Below, in pieces: positions 38,510 through 48,345 of a stretch of DNA of 64,000 nt. The stretch's first letter is position 1, and the number at the start of each line of letters is the position of its first letter. The notes under the pieces are model-generated. The model saw only the letters and a program-made list of their open reading frames with translations, made no database searches and had not been told where the DNA came from. Origin of the DNA: an uncultured Spirochaetota bacterium (GTDB lineage Bacteria > Spirochaetota > Spirochaetia > SZUA-6 > Fen-1364); the NCBI GenBank assembly GCA_963781885.1, contig CAWAHW010000004.1, forward strand, positions 32,001 through 96,000. The letters are read 5' to 3'. The position numbers and the translations under genes are program-made.

Positions 38510-39355
38510 TCACGGGTGAGGATCGGCCATGTACTTCTGCACGTCCGCCGAGCGAATGGCACCGGCGGCGAGCGTGAATGTCCCCTTCTCGCTGATCTCC
38601 CGCGCCGCGTCGATGAAAGCACCCAGCGCCGTGCGGCACAGGGACGCGCCGAGGCTGATGCGCCGAACGCCCAGCCGGGCGAGCTCGGCAACCGAAAGGG
38701 GCGGCTCGGCCGAGCCGCTGACGCCGACAAGCGCGTTGACGGGTTTGGCCGCGGAGGCGCACACGGTCCGGATATCGTCCGCCCGGGTGAGCCCCGGCGC
38801 GTACAGGGCATCCGCGCCGGCGGACGCGTATGCCTGGAGACGGCGTATCGTGTCATCGAGGTCGGGCCGGCCGCGGAGGTGATTCTCCGCGCGCGCAACA
38901 AGGACGAACGGGACGGGGAGCCGGTGCGCAGCTTCCGCCGCCGCCGCGACGCGTTCCACGGCATGCGCGAAGTCGTAGAGAGGGCGCGCGGGATCCCCCG
39001 TGTAGTCCTCGATCGATCCGCCGACGAGCCCGGCGATCTCCGCTGCCAGACGGATCGTCTCCGCGGCGGCTTCGGGTGAATCGCCGAAGCCATTTTCCAG
39101 GTCGGCGGCGACGGGCAGCTCCGTGGCATCGACAATCGCCTTCGCATTGGCGAGCGTCTCCTCACGGGTCGACGTGCCATCGCGTCTTCCCAGGCTGTAG
39201 GCCAGGCCTGCGCTCGTGGTCGTGAGCGCCTCGAAGCCGAGCCCCGCAAGGATGCGCGCCGTGCCGGCATCCCAGGGGTTGGGAATGACAAAGGCCCCCG
39301 CGCGCGCGTGGAGCGCCCGGAAAAGCTCACCCTTCTGCGTCTGGCTGGTCTTCAT
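38510..39355 (-). CDS. Isocitrate lyase/PEP mutase family protein
   Basis: PNPWDAG, TTSAG, ADLENGFG, GSIED, AGADALYAPG. Confidence 0.92.
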   Translation of the reverse strand: MKTSQTQKGELFRALHARAGAFVIPNPWDAGTARILAGLGFEALTTTSAGLAYSLGRRDGTSTREETLANAKAIVDATELPVAADLENGFGDSPEAAAETIRLAAEIAGLVGGSIEDYTGDPARPLYDFAHAVERVAAAAEAAHRLPVPFVLVARAENHLRGRPDLDDTIRRLQAYASAGADALYAPGLTRADDIRTVCASAAKPVNALVGVSGSAEPPLSVAELARLGVRRISLGASLCRTALGAFIDAAREISEKGTFTLAAGAIRSADVQKYMADPHP

Positions 39356-39594
39356 GATGATCGGCTCCCTCCATGCCCGGCGGCCGTTCGCGCGCCGTTG
39401 CTTGCATGCAGCACAATGATCGCCCGGACGACACGTCACAGACAAGGGGGATTGGCCTCCCGTTGGCGCACGGTTCCCCCTGATGGGAGCGCTCACGATC
39501 CGCGCAATCCGACCTCAGCCCTCGGCGCGCCGCGGCTCTTTGCCGGGGCGTTCGCCGTCGTCAATAGCGATTCGCAAAGGGCGGAGCCGAGGCG

Positions 39595-40613
39595 TCAGAC
39601 CGACGTGGCAAGACGGATGGACCCGCGCAGCTTGATGGGAGATTCGACGAGCGTATGCTTCGGCGGGACCGACTTTCTGTCGGAAGTTCCAATGAGCTCG
39701 AAGAGTCTGTTTGCCGCCGTTTGTCCGATTTCGTGAAGCGGCTGCCGGAACGTGGTGAGCGGAGGATCCATGTATGCCGCGAGAGGAAAATCATCGAAGG
39801 AGACGATGGAGATCTGATCCGGTATCTTCACCTGCTTCGCTTTCGCGGCATCATAGGCGCCCTCGGCGAGAAAGTCGCTGCACAGCATCACGGCGGACGG
39901 GACCTCCTTGCGGCTGAGCAGCCGGTACATGCCCTCCGCGCCCCCGTGCATGTCCCAGGAGGTGATGTCGTCGATGATCTTGCGGGGATCCACCTCCATG
40001 CCGGCGTCCTGCAGGCCTTCCCGATACCCCTGGAAACGGTCCCGGTGATTGGTCAGGTTCAGGTAGCCTCCGATGAATCCAATGCTCCTGTGCCCGTTCT
40101 CCACCAGGAAGCGGATCGCCTTCTTGGAAGCGGCGAGATTGTCGCTCTTGATGAAGTCGATGGGGATGTTGTCGTCGCAGTTGTTGATGACCACGCAGGG
40201 GATCCGCTTCTCCTTCACGATGGAGCAGAACTTTTCGTTGAACATCGGTTCCAGCCAGAGCAGACCTTCAAACCGGTCCAGGATGCTTGCGTTGCCGTAC
40301 GTCAGCAATTCCTTTTCGATCATGTCGGCGTGCACGAGCGCCGTGACGTAGTTCATCGCATGGATTCTTTCATCCGCGCCCTCGATCACCTCCGAGATGT
40401 AGTAGCTGTCGAGCTTGTGACGCGAGTAGAGATCGACGATGCCGATCATCTTGAACACGCCGGCATTGCGGGCAACCCTGCCCTGGTCCATGAGATAGCG
40501 CAGCACGGTTTCGCGGGTTTCCGCCGGATACCGGGCTTGTTGTTCATGACCCGCGACACGGTGGTTACAGAGACGCCAAGATCGGCCGCAATATCCTTGA
40601 TTTTTCTCTTCAT
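39595..40613 (-). CDS. LacI family regulator, frameshift near 40527
   Basis: Reading from ATG 40613 gives MKRKIKDIAADLGVSVTTVSRVMNNKPGI, out of frame with the sensor domain (…AETRETVL…IVSFDD..PPLTT) of ORF 39595..40746. Confidence 0.88.
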
Positions 40614-40806
40614 CCCACGACCAGCTCGTTTCCTGACCTAATATAGCATGAGCAACATGGGATGTAAATGGCACATATTGAAAATATACGTCATTTGAAG
40701 ACGCATATTTGCAGTTTGAAATCATTATTAGTACCAATAATTGCATATTAGTTTTAATTACTTATAATATATATATTTAGTTTTAGTAATAAATTGAGCT
40801 TTTTTC

Positions 40807-40835
40807 TTGACTTGTCAACAAACGAGTCATATGAT
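40807..40835 (+). promoter_or_regulatory. Sigma70-type promoter of the sugar ABC operon within a very AT-rich intergenic region
   Basis: TTGACT(40807-12)-N17-TATGAT(40830-35), preceded by an AT-rich tract at about 40720-40806. Confidence 0.65.
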
Positions 40836-40871
40836 GGCAAATATAAATCTCATCAGAAAGAGGAGGAGCAA

Positions 40872-42176
40872 ATGGCAAAGGTCAAGTGTGCGATCATCTT
40901 CTTCCTTGTCCTGGTTGCGGCCTTCGCATCAGCGACAGGCTCAAAAGAGGCAGGCAATGCGAAGCCTGTCACAATTACATTCTGGTATCAGGCGGACGCG
41001 GCGTCCGCGAACGACCCCTGGGTGATTTGGCATTCCAGCATCCTGAAAAGCTTTGCAGAGAAATATCCAAACATCACGGTGGATGCAACCGTCGTGGCAG
41101 ACGGGGATGAATACCTCAACAAGATCAGCACCGCAATGGCCGCGGGGAACACCCCCGACGTGTTCAAGACCTGGCTTTCGGGACGGCTCCAGCCTTTTGT
41201 CGAGGCAGGAAGGGTTCAGCCGCTCAACGACCTCATTGAAAAATCGCCGGATCTGAAGAAGGTGCTGAACATGTCGTACCTGGACACGGGAACCTTCGAT
41301 GGAAAGATCTATGCGATCCCGGTAAGCCTCACCGACGAAGTCATCTTCTACAACAAGGCGATTTTCCAGAAATGCGGTCTGTCGGTGCCGAAGACGTGGG
41401 ATGATCTCCTCACCGTCGTGAAGACCCTGAAAGCGAACGGATTCATCCCGGACTCACTGGGCAACAAGAGCGCCTGGCGCGGCTCAATGCCGTACATGGC
41501 GATCTTCGATCGGCTCAACGGCCCTGCTCTCTACAACCAGGTGGTGATCCAGCACAAGGCCAAGTGGAACGACCCCGCGTTCGTCAAGGCGGCCGAATAC
41601 CTGATGAAGTACCGGGATGCGGGCGCGTTCGCGGAAAACTTCAATTCCTTGAGCAGCAGCGAAGGCCAGGCAATGTTCACGTCGAAGAAAGCCGGGATGT
41701 ACTTCATCCTCACGGGCGAAATATCCACCCTGGGCCCCGCCCTGGGGTCTGATCTCGGATTCTTCGATTTCCCCGTCATCCCGGCGCCCGCGGGCACGGG
41801 CAAGATCGGGGGCGGCCTCATCAACAAGGACAACGGGTATGCCATCGGCAGCAATTCCCTGCACAAAGAGGAAGCCGCGACCTTCTTCAAGCACATATTC
41901 TCGCAGGGATCGCAGAAGACGATTGCCGAGCTTGGCGATCTTATCGCGTGCGTGAACGTGGACTACGACAAGTCCAAAGTGCACCCCATCCTCTCCGACC
42001 TCATGAAATCAATCCGCACCGCGGAGTACCCCATCATACCCTGGGACAACCCGCTCGGGGTCAACATCGGCAAAGAGTTCAATCTCACGACGCAGGCCAT
42101 CCTGGGAGGCGCCGATCCGACGGAAGCGTTCCAGAAGCTCCAGAAGGTTGCTGCCGCGGAATGGGAATCCCAGTAA
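40872..42176 (+). CDS. Carbohydrate ABC transporter substrate-binding protein (CUT1)
   Basis: Signal peptide, YPNITV, AGNTPDVF, DGKIYAIP, FYNKAIF, PKTWDDL; AGGAGG RBS. Confidence 0.93.
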   Translation: MAKVKCAIIFFLVLVAAFASATGSKEAGNAKPVTITFWYQADAASANDPWVIWHSSILKSFAEKYPNITVDATVVADGDEYLNKISTAMAAGNTPDVFKTWLSGRLQPFVEAGRVQPLNDLIEKSPDLKKVLNMSYLDTGTFDGKIYAIPVSLTDEVIFYNKAIFQKCGLSVPKTWDDLLTVVKTLKANGFIPDSLGNKSAWRGSMPYMAIFDRLNGPALYNQVVIQHKAKWNDPAFVKAAEYLMKYRDAGAFAENFNSLSSSEGQAMFTSKKAGMYFILTGEISTLGPALGSDLGFFDFPVIPAPAGTGKIGGGLINKDNGYAIGSNSLHKEEAATFFKHIFSQGSQKTIAELGDLIACVNVDYDKSKVHPILSDLMKSIRTAEYPIIPWDNPLGVNIGKEFNLTTQAILGGADPTEAFQKLQKVAAAEWESQ

Positions 42177-42245
42177 AGCCCGGGTGCAAAGGAAAGCCCA
42201 TGGGCAGCGCTCATGGCCTTCTCGTCCTGACGCAAAGGAATAGTC

Positions 42246-43133
42246 GTGGACAAGATGCTGCGGAATGGCGGGACGATTGCTCTTTTCATCCTGCCGGTCT
42301 TCCTCGTGTATTCCCTGATCATTCCGATCCCGCTCATCACGTCTCTCGTCCTGAGCGGCTTCGATTGGAATCTTCTGGGACCCATGAAATTCATCGGCCT
42401 CAGGAATTTCATCAACCTCTTCACCACCGACTTCATCCTCATGCAGGCACTGAGGAACACACTGGTGTACCTGGTCTTTTCCATCCTCCTGCAGCTTCCA
42501 ATGGCGTTCCTCCTTGCCAATATCCTGGGAGCAAACCTGCCCGGGAGAAACGCTTTCCGGACAATACTCTACATGCCCGTGACATTTTCCGGCGTGGCGG
42601 TTTCCCTCATCTGGTATTTTTTCTACCACCGTCGGTCTGTTGAACCAGTTCATCCGATTGATCGGGTTTGCAAACTTCCACCTGGCGTGGCTCGACACGG
42701 GACCGCCCGCGCTCGGCGCCGTCATCGTGAGCGTTGCATGCAATGGACGGGTTATCACATGGTGCTCTATCTCGCCGGCATGGCGAGCATCCCGGATGAG
42801 GTGATCGAATCCGCAAGGATGGACGGCGCGAACGCCCTGCAGCTCGCGCGGCATATCATCTTCCCCTTCCTGCTGCCGATGTTGTCCGTCAGCACCGTCC
42901 TGATCACCACCTCGTCCCTCAAGAGCTTCGACAGCATCTACATCATGACTGACGGGGGACCCAACCATGCCACGGAGGTGCTCGCCTCCCACATGTACGT
43001 GAAGTCTTTCGCACAGTTGAAATATGGATACGGAAGCGCCATCGGCGTCCTGTTGTTCATTCTCTGCGTTGTCGCGACCTTGATCATTCGACGAACTTAC
43101 AAAAGCCTCGGGGAGGAAGACTTTGAAGAATAA
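42246..43133 (+). CDS. Carbohydrate ABC permease, with compensating frameshifts at about 42630 and 42740
   Basis: FIGLRNF, EAA motif ESARMDGA, TDGGPN; the segment VGLLNQF…AVIVSVA is displaced into another frame. Confidence 0.9.
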   Translation: MDKMLRNGGTIALFILPVFLVYSLIIPIPLITSLVLSGFDWNLLGPMKFIGLRNFINLFTTDFILMQALRNTLVYLVFSILLQLPMAFLLANILGANLPGRNAFRTILYMPVTFSGVAVSLIWYFFYHRRSVEPVHPIDRVCKLPPGVARHGTARARRRHRERCMQWTGYHMVLYLAGMASIPDEVIESARMDGANALQLARHIIFPFLLPMLSVSTVLITTSSLKSFDSIYIMTDGGPNHATEVLASHMYVKSFAQLKYGYGSAIGVLLFILCVVATLIIRRTYKSLGEEDFEE

Positions 43134-43956
43134 GCGTCCTTCCCCCATCGACGTCATCAAGTATGCCTTCCTGATTGCCTACGCGCTGATGATTCTCGTG
43201 CCGCTGTTCTTCATCCTGATCTCGTCCCTCAAGGATGACCAGGACATATTCATGCATCCGTTCGCCCTCCCCCAGACCTGGCATTTCGTCTATTACAAGG
43301 AAGTCTGGGTCAACTATGACCTGTACAAATACTTCATCAACAGCATCTATTACACGTCCGTTTCCGTCATTGCCACCATTTCACTGTGCGCCCTGGGCGC
43401 CTACGCAGTCGTGCGTCTGAAATGGAGGCTGAAGAACGTCGCGTTCGGCTATTGCCTGCTCGGCCTGATGGTCCCGACGCATGCGCTGGTGGTTCCCCTC
43501 TACATCATGGCCGTGAAGCTCAGGGTCAACGATCCCCGGATTACGATCGTGTTGATCATGACGGCCACCCATATCACGACGTCCCTGTTTATCCTGAGCG
43601 GCTATCTGAAAAAGATGCCTCTGGAAATGGAAGAAGCGGCGGTCATCGATGGCTGTTCGATCACGAGCGTCTTCTTCCGCATCGTTGCCCCGATCATGCA
43701 GCCGGCAATCGCAACCGTGGCCATCTTCACGTTCCTCTCCATCTGGAACGATTTCTTCGTCAGCCTCATTTTCATCGATAACCAGAAGCTCTGGAGCATC
43801 CAGCTCGGGATGAGCATGTTCAAGGGAAGCCTGTCTGTGAGCTATTCGCACCTGCTTGTCGCGATCTCCATCACCATCATCCCCGCCATTGTCCTGTACG
43901 CGTTCCTGAACCGGAAGATCATCGCCGGCTTGACCGCGGGCGCAGTGAAGGCGTAG
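43123..43956 (+). CDS. Carbohydrate ABC permease
   Basis: SSLK, YFINS, EEAAVIDGCS, WNDF, GLTAGAVKA. Confidence 0.93.
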   Translation: MKNKRPSPIDVIKYAFLIAYALMILVPLFFILISSLKDDQDIFMHPFALPQTWHFVYYKEVWVNYDLYKYFINSIYYTSVSVIATISLCALGAYAVVRLKWRLKNVAFGYCLLGLMVPTHALVVPLYIMAVKLRVNDPRITIVLIMTATHITTSLFILSGYLKKMPLEMEEAAVIDGCSITSVFFRIVAPIMQPAIATVAIFTFLSIWNDFFVSLIFIDNQKLWSIQLGMSMFKGSLSVSYSHLLVAISITIIPAIVLYAFLNRKIIAGLTAGAVKA

Positions 43957-43978
43957 GGCGGCGAAAGAGGAAATGCCC

Positions 43979-44845
43979 ATGGAACTTATTTTTCTCGGCA
44001 CGGGAGCGGCGGAAGGGGTCCCGGCGGCCTACTGCCGATGCGCCATCTGCCAGGGCGTCAGGCAAAGAGGCGGCGTGGAGGTGAAATCCCGTTCCTCCTT
44101 CCGTGTCGGACCCCATCACCAGATCGACATCTCTCCCGATCACTACTGGCAGATGATCAGAACAGGCACGGATATGTACGATGTCGAGCATGTCCTCATC
44201 ACCCACACGCACGAGGATCACTGTTCGCTCTTCGCGCTCCTCGACAAGGAAATGGCCGAGGAAGGCAACCGCAAGCCCCTTTCCCTCTACATGTCCAAAC
44301 CTGCCAGAGTATATGTCCAGGAGATGATCGCACACCTCTCGCTCCCCGCAGGGAAGATGCGCTGGATCGACGCGAACTTCGCCTTCCACGGTCTGGACTA
44401 TTTCCAGGAGTATGCAATCGGCGGCCTTTCGGTAAGGACGGTCAAGGGAAACCACACCGCCTACGGAGCAAACGAGTATTCCATCAACTACCTTGTGGGC
44501 ATGCCGCACGGGAAGACGCTCCTGTACGCCTGCGACACGGGCTTCTACCAGGAGGAGACGTGGGAATACCTTGCGGGTAAGCATGTCGATGTGCTCGTCT
44601 TGGAGTGCACCTTCGCAGGGCGGACGGACCGCGGGGAGTTCCCCGAGGCCCACCTGGACCTGGCAAGCTGGTTCGCGACGCTGGGCCGCATGTCAGACAC
44701 CGGTTTCATCGACGCGAAGACCATGGTATACGCCACGCACCTCAACCCTCACCAGGGGCTCGACCATTTCGGCCTCCACGACAGGCTCCAGCACAGCCCC
44801 TACCATGGCACGGCGGCGTACGACGGGCTGCGCGTCGAGGTGTGA
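43979..44845 (+). CDS. MBL-fold metallohydrolase, PhnP-like
   Basis: FLGTGAAEGVP..CRCAIC, THTHEDH, YACDTG, ECT, ATH, AYDG; alternative start at 43973. Confidence 0.85.
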   Translation: MELIFLGTGAAEGVPAAYCRCAICQGVRQRGGVEVKSRSSFRVGPHHQIDISPDHYWQMIRTGTDMYDVEHVLITHTHEDHCSLFALLDKEMAEEGNRKPLSLYMSKPARVYVQEMIAHLSLPAGKMRWIDANFAFHGLDYFQEYAIGGLSVRTVKGNHTAYGANEYSINYLVGMPHGKTLLYACDTGFYQEETWEYLAGKHVDVLVLECTFAGRTDRGEFPEAHLDLASWFATLGRMSDTGFIDAKTMVYATHLNPHQGLDHFGLHDRLQHSPYHGTAAYDGLRVEV

Positions 44846-44919
44846 GGAGGTGCGCCCGCGCCCCGGTGATTCCGTCATCTCTACAGGTGAGGCACCCCGG
44901 CGCATCAGAAATGCGCAGC

Positions 44920-46341
44920 CTAGAGCCCGCGGATCCAGTCGCGCATGGCCGCCAGCGCCTCGGGTGCAAAGGTTTCCGTGAGCTTTCCATATTCATCGGG
45001 GAGACCCGTTCCCGCGTGCTGGAAAAGGTGATTGAGGCCGTCCAGCTTCACAAGCTTGTAGCGCGTGTTGCCCGCCGCTTTCAGCGCGGTCTCTATTGCG
45101 GGAAGATCGAGGTCAGCCGGGACTTGAAGATCCTTTGAGCCGTTCAAGGCGAGCACTGGCACCTTGATCTGGGACAGGTATGCGGCCGGATCGAGGGCCA
45201 GGAAGGTCCTGAACCATGGGGCAAACAAAGGCGAAACGACGCTCGCGGCATTCGCTTTGGCGTCCGCCTTGTCCTTTTCTGAAAGCGACGTGTCGGCATC
45301 CAGGGCGTCCAGGTAGGTCTGCTTTGCCTCGGCGAAGAGGGCGTCTGCGCTTCCCGGCTTCATGGCGATGGCGTAGAGCTTCTGGTTCAACTGGGACGAT
45401 CGCGCAACGGTCGTTTCGTCGATGCCGGAAGCCCTGGCGATGGCGCTGCCTTGAGCCGCAAGGAGCTTGTCACCGGGAAGGCCCGGCCCGGCCAGAAGCA
45501 CGATGAACGCGACCGCGGGGTTCCGCGCGGCGACGATAGGCGAGATGAGGCCCCCTTCGCTGTGACCGGCGATGCCCACGCGCTTCGGGTCGATCTCCTT
45601 TCGCGCCGCAAGGAATGCAAAGGCGGCTTCCGCGTCATCGGCAAAATCGAATGTCGTCGCCGACGCGAAATCGCCCTTCGACGCAGCGATCCCTCTGTCG
45701 TCATAGCGCAGCACGGCAATGCCGTTCCTGCTCAGGTAGTCGGCGATCACCAGGAAAGGCTTGTGCCCCATGAGCTCCTCGTTGCGGTTCTGCGGCCCCG
45801 ACCCCGTCACCAGGACAACGGCAGGGAAAGGCCCCGGGCCCGGAGGAATCGTGAGGGTGCCGGCAAGCTCGACGTTTGCCTTCCTGTTGATGAACGTCAC
45901 GTCGATGCTCGCGTACGGGAAGGGCGGCCTCGGCTCCTGGGGCCGGTCCAGGACGGGCGCCGCGTCCAGCTTTTTCAGCAGCACGGGGAAGCGTGCACCG
46001 CGCTGACTCCAGATGCCGTCGATGCTCCTGCCGTCCGCCGAGATTTTTCCCGCATACGATCCCGATGCCGATTTCACTTCCAGCACGATGGAATCCTTCT
46101 GGACGTCGACCCGGGTCACCGGTACCCCTTTGACCCCCTGGTCGGGGCTGTCCATCGTGGCGGAAAAAACGCCGTTGGAGGCGCTGACGGCGAAGCCGAT
46201 CCTCAGTGTGACGGCGCCCGCTTTCAGGTCTCCCATCCACGATCCCACGAAAGCGTCGGAAGCCGCGGACTGAGCGGAAACGCCGACGGCGCCAGCCAGG
46301 AAAGCCACAAGCGCCGTCGCCAGGGAACGAGACAAGATCAT
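44920..46341 (-). CDS. Secreted alpha/beta hydrolase (aminopeptidase/S9-S15-like)
   Basis: Signal peptide, GSGPQNRNE, RYDDRG, nucleophile GHSEGG, GSKDLQV, LNHLFQ. Confidence 0.9.
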   Translation of the reverse strand: MILSRSLATALVAFLAGAVGVSAQSAASDAFVGSWMGDLKAGAVTLRIGFAVSASNGVFSATMDSPDQGVKGVPVTRVDVQKDSIVLEVKSASGSYAGKISADGRSIDGIWSQRGARFPVLLKKLDAAPVLDRPQEPRPPFPYASIDVTFINRKANVELAGTLTIPPGPGPFPAVVLVTGSGPQNRNEELMGHKPFLVIADYLSRNGIAVLRYDDRGIAASKGDFASATTFDFADDAEAAFAFLAARKEIDPKRVGIAGHSEGGLISPIVAARNPAVAFIVLLAGPGLPGDKLLAAQGSAIARASGIDETTVARSSQLNQKLYAIAMKPGSADALFAEAKQTYLDALDADTSLSEKDKADAKANAASVVSPLFAPWFRTFLALDPAAYLSQIKVPVLALNGSKDLQVPADLDLPAIETALKAAGNTRYKLVKLDGLNHLFQHAGTGLPDEYGKLTETFAPEALAAMRDWIRGL

Positions 46342-47024
46342 GTGTCACCTCCGTGCATCGATGCAGAGTCGCCGCGGGCGCCTTCCTCCGCACGCCATGC
46401 AAAGTATGAATACGCGTAGGCGTAGAGGATGCTGGCCAGGGCGGTTCCCAGAAGAACGTAATAGGTCCATTTATTCACGAGCAGATCGGTGAAGATCACC
46501 AGAATCCCCGCGATCACAAAGGCCCAACCACACTGACGGTGCGTTTTCGTCCACACGCGCGGACTCGAAAGGGTCCAGGGCGTGCGCACGCCGATGAACC
46601 AGTTGGGCCTGATTTTTCCCATGTAGTTGCCCAGCACGATGAAAAGCGCGCCGAGGGCCAGGGGAAGGATCGCGGTTCCCAAGGCTCCATGGCCGCGGAT
46701 GGAGAGCTGGACGATCCCGTAGACGACGGCAAAGAACGCCAGGAGCGCGATGCGCAGGGCGCGATACGTTCCCTGGAACTTCTGGTAGTTGAGTCTCTTG
46801 GGATCGATAAGAGGAAGAAAAAGCAGAAGAAGATAGACGACTATCGCCACGCCGGGGAAAAGGAAGAGCCCGAATGCCTTTCCCGAGTAGCCGTCCACCT
46901 GACCCAACACGTTCCAATGCGTCGGGATTTGTTCCGGCGCCCAGGGCCAGGCTGTTGCGGCAAGGATGCACATCGCGGCAAGGATGACCCAGGAGGCGAT
47001 CTCTGCACGCCAGTGAATTTTCAT
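46338..47024 (-). CDS. sdpI: SdpI family immunity/membrane protein
   Basis: PEQIPTHWNVLGQVDGY, GNYMGKIRPNWFIGVRTPWTLSSPRVWTKTHR. Confidence 0.92.
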   Translation of the reverse strand: MKIHWRAEIASWVILAAMCILAATAWPWAPEQIPTHWNVLGQVDGYSGKAFGLFLFPGVAIVVYLLLLFLPLIDPKRLNYQKFQGTYRALRIALLAFFAVVYGIVQLSIRGHGALGTAILPLALGALFIVLGNYMGKIRPNWFIGVRTPWTLSSPRVWTKTHRQCGWAFVIAGILVIFTDLLVNKWTYYVLLGTALASILYAYAYSYFAWRAEEGARGDSASMHGGDT

Positions 47025-47326
47025 GAGCCTTTCTTCCTCCTCCGCGCGTCTTTCCGGGCCCGCCCCGTGGAGCTGAAGAGCCGAACCAGCGCGCCCAATG
47101 TCTCCTCCGCCACCGAGGTATTCAGGCTGTAGAGAATGGTCGTCCCCTGGCGCTCGGACAGGATGAGTCCGGCGCGCTTCAGCACGTTGAAATGCCCCGA
47201 CAGCGTGGAGCGGGCAAGATCAAAGCGCCGCGCCAGCTCCCCGGCGGACCTGTCCCCCGCGCGCAGGGCTTTCAGGATCTCCCGGCGCGTCGGATCGCTC
47301 AGCGCATGCAGTATCTCGTCCAGCAC
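47021..47326 (-). CDS. sdpR: ArsR/SdpR family autorepressor
   Basis: ALSDPTRREIL, SAGELA, STLSGHFNVLK, YSLNTSV; ATGA-coupled to sdpI. Confidence 0.88.
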   Translation of the reverse strand: MLDEILHALSDPTRREILKALRAGDRSAGELARRFDLARSTLSGHFNVLKRAGLILSERQGTTILYSLNTSVAEETLGALVRLFSSTGRARKDARRRKKGS

Positions 47327-47333
47327 GATCCCT

Positions 47334-47389
47334 TATTTCCTTATTTCGCGAAATAACGAAATACTAATGACTCTCCCGCTCGGTGTCAA
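47334..47389 (-). promoter_or_regulatory. sdpR promoter with a 30-bp palindromic operator
   Basis: TTGACA(47389-84)-N17-TAGTAT(47366-61); TATTTC-C-TTATTTCGCGAAATAA-C-GAAATA (47334-63). Confidence 0.75.
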
Positions 47390-47475
47390 TGCCCCCGCGT
47401 GTCTTGAACGTCAACGCGGCGCGCCGCCCCCTCCCGATGCGCGGGCCGCACCCACCGCCTTTCGTCGCGGACGCG

Positions 47476-48084
47476 TCAGGCCTTTCTCGCGACCATGATG
47501 AAATACTTCAACAGCCCGAACGGACACTTCTCCTTGAAATGAAGAACATCAAATCCGGCCTGACGAACGTAATCGCGGAACTCTTGCTCCGTCAGCATGG
47601 AATCGTAGGGATGGTCCGTCAGCGCCCCGAACAGTCTCCCGGCAGCATAGGTGAACGTCTCCTGCGATAGCTCCTCGAGAATCAGAAGGCCTCCCGGCTT
47701 GAGCACTCTTTTCAGCTCACGCACGCCTTTTTTCCAATCCGGCATATTGTGAAGATCTGCCAGATTGAAAGCCGCGTCGAAGCTGTTGTCAGCGAAGCTC
47801 ATTGAACGGACGTCTTGTACGGAGAAATCGACCGGCGCATCGCCATGGTTCCTGCATGCAGCCGCAATCATTTCATCGTCCCGGTCAATGGCGGATACTC
47901 TCTCCGCGGAGAAGTACTTGCGGATCAGTTGTGTGGGCTTGCCGTTCCCACAGGCGATATGCAGCGCACGGCGTATGCCCCCGACATCGGTTGCCGCCCG
48001 CAGGGGCTTCACTTCCAGGAGCTCTCTGACGAATGACCGCAGGGGATTATTCTCCAGCATGAACTCGAAAGACTTCTGCTTCAT
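47476..48084 (-). CDS. Class I SAM-dependent methyltransferase
   Basis: ALHIACGNG, FADNSFDA, RVLKPGG. Confidence 0.88.
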   Translation of the reverse strand: MKQKSFEFMLENNPLRSFVRELLEVKPLRAATDVGGIRRALHIACGNGKPTQLIRKYFSAERVSAIDRDDEMIAAACRNHGDAPVDFSVQDVRSMSFADNSFDAAFNLADLHNMPDWKKGVRELKRVLKPGGLLILEELSQETFTYAAGRLFGALTDHPYDSMLTEQEFRDYVRQAGFDVLHFKEKCPFGLLKYFIMVARKA

Positions 48085-48345
48085 GGTTGTTCCTGTTTTT
48101 GCGTGCGACCCGGGACCCGATCATCTTAGGCTGGCACGACAACGCGATCAAGCCCGCGGCCCACCCTGCCGCAGGCGACAATGGGCCGCACGGCTGCCCG
48201 GCAGTCGACGCCAAGCGATGCGCAGGACGCGGCCGTCGAACCGGCGCCCGAACGGCCGAGAGTCCAGACAGGAAAGATGACTCCTGCGCGACCGTTGTCG
48301 ACGACGCGGGAAAAATCGATCTTCTCCTTGTTGGAAGGATCAACC

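Noticed and set aside
39360-39594. Possible riboswitch or ncRNA upstream of the PEP-mutase-like gene
   Set aside because: GC-rich pairing is possible but I recognised no aptamer motif; an Rfam/Infernal search would be needed.
40620-40870. AT-rich tract as a replication origin or mobile-element end
   Set aside because: I saw no DnaA-box cluster, iterons, terminal inverted repeats or integrase; a divergent promoter region explains it.
38510-44845. Phosphonate pathway suggested by a PEP-mutase-family gene near a PhnP-like gene
   Set aside because: The ICL/PEPM protein lacks the EDKxxxxxNS PEP-mutase motif, no C-P lyase genes are present, and the two genes are in separate transcription units.
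48140-48156. TGGCACG as a second sigma54 promoter
   Set aside because: The -12 element reads ACGC rather than TTGC; match too weak.
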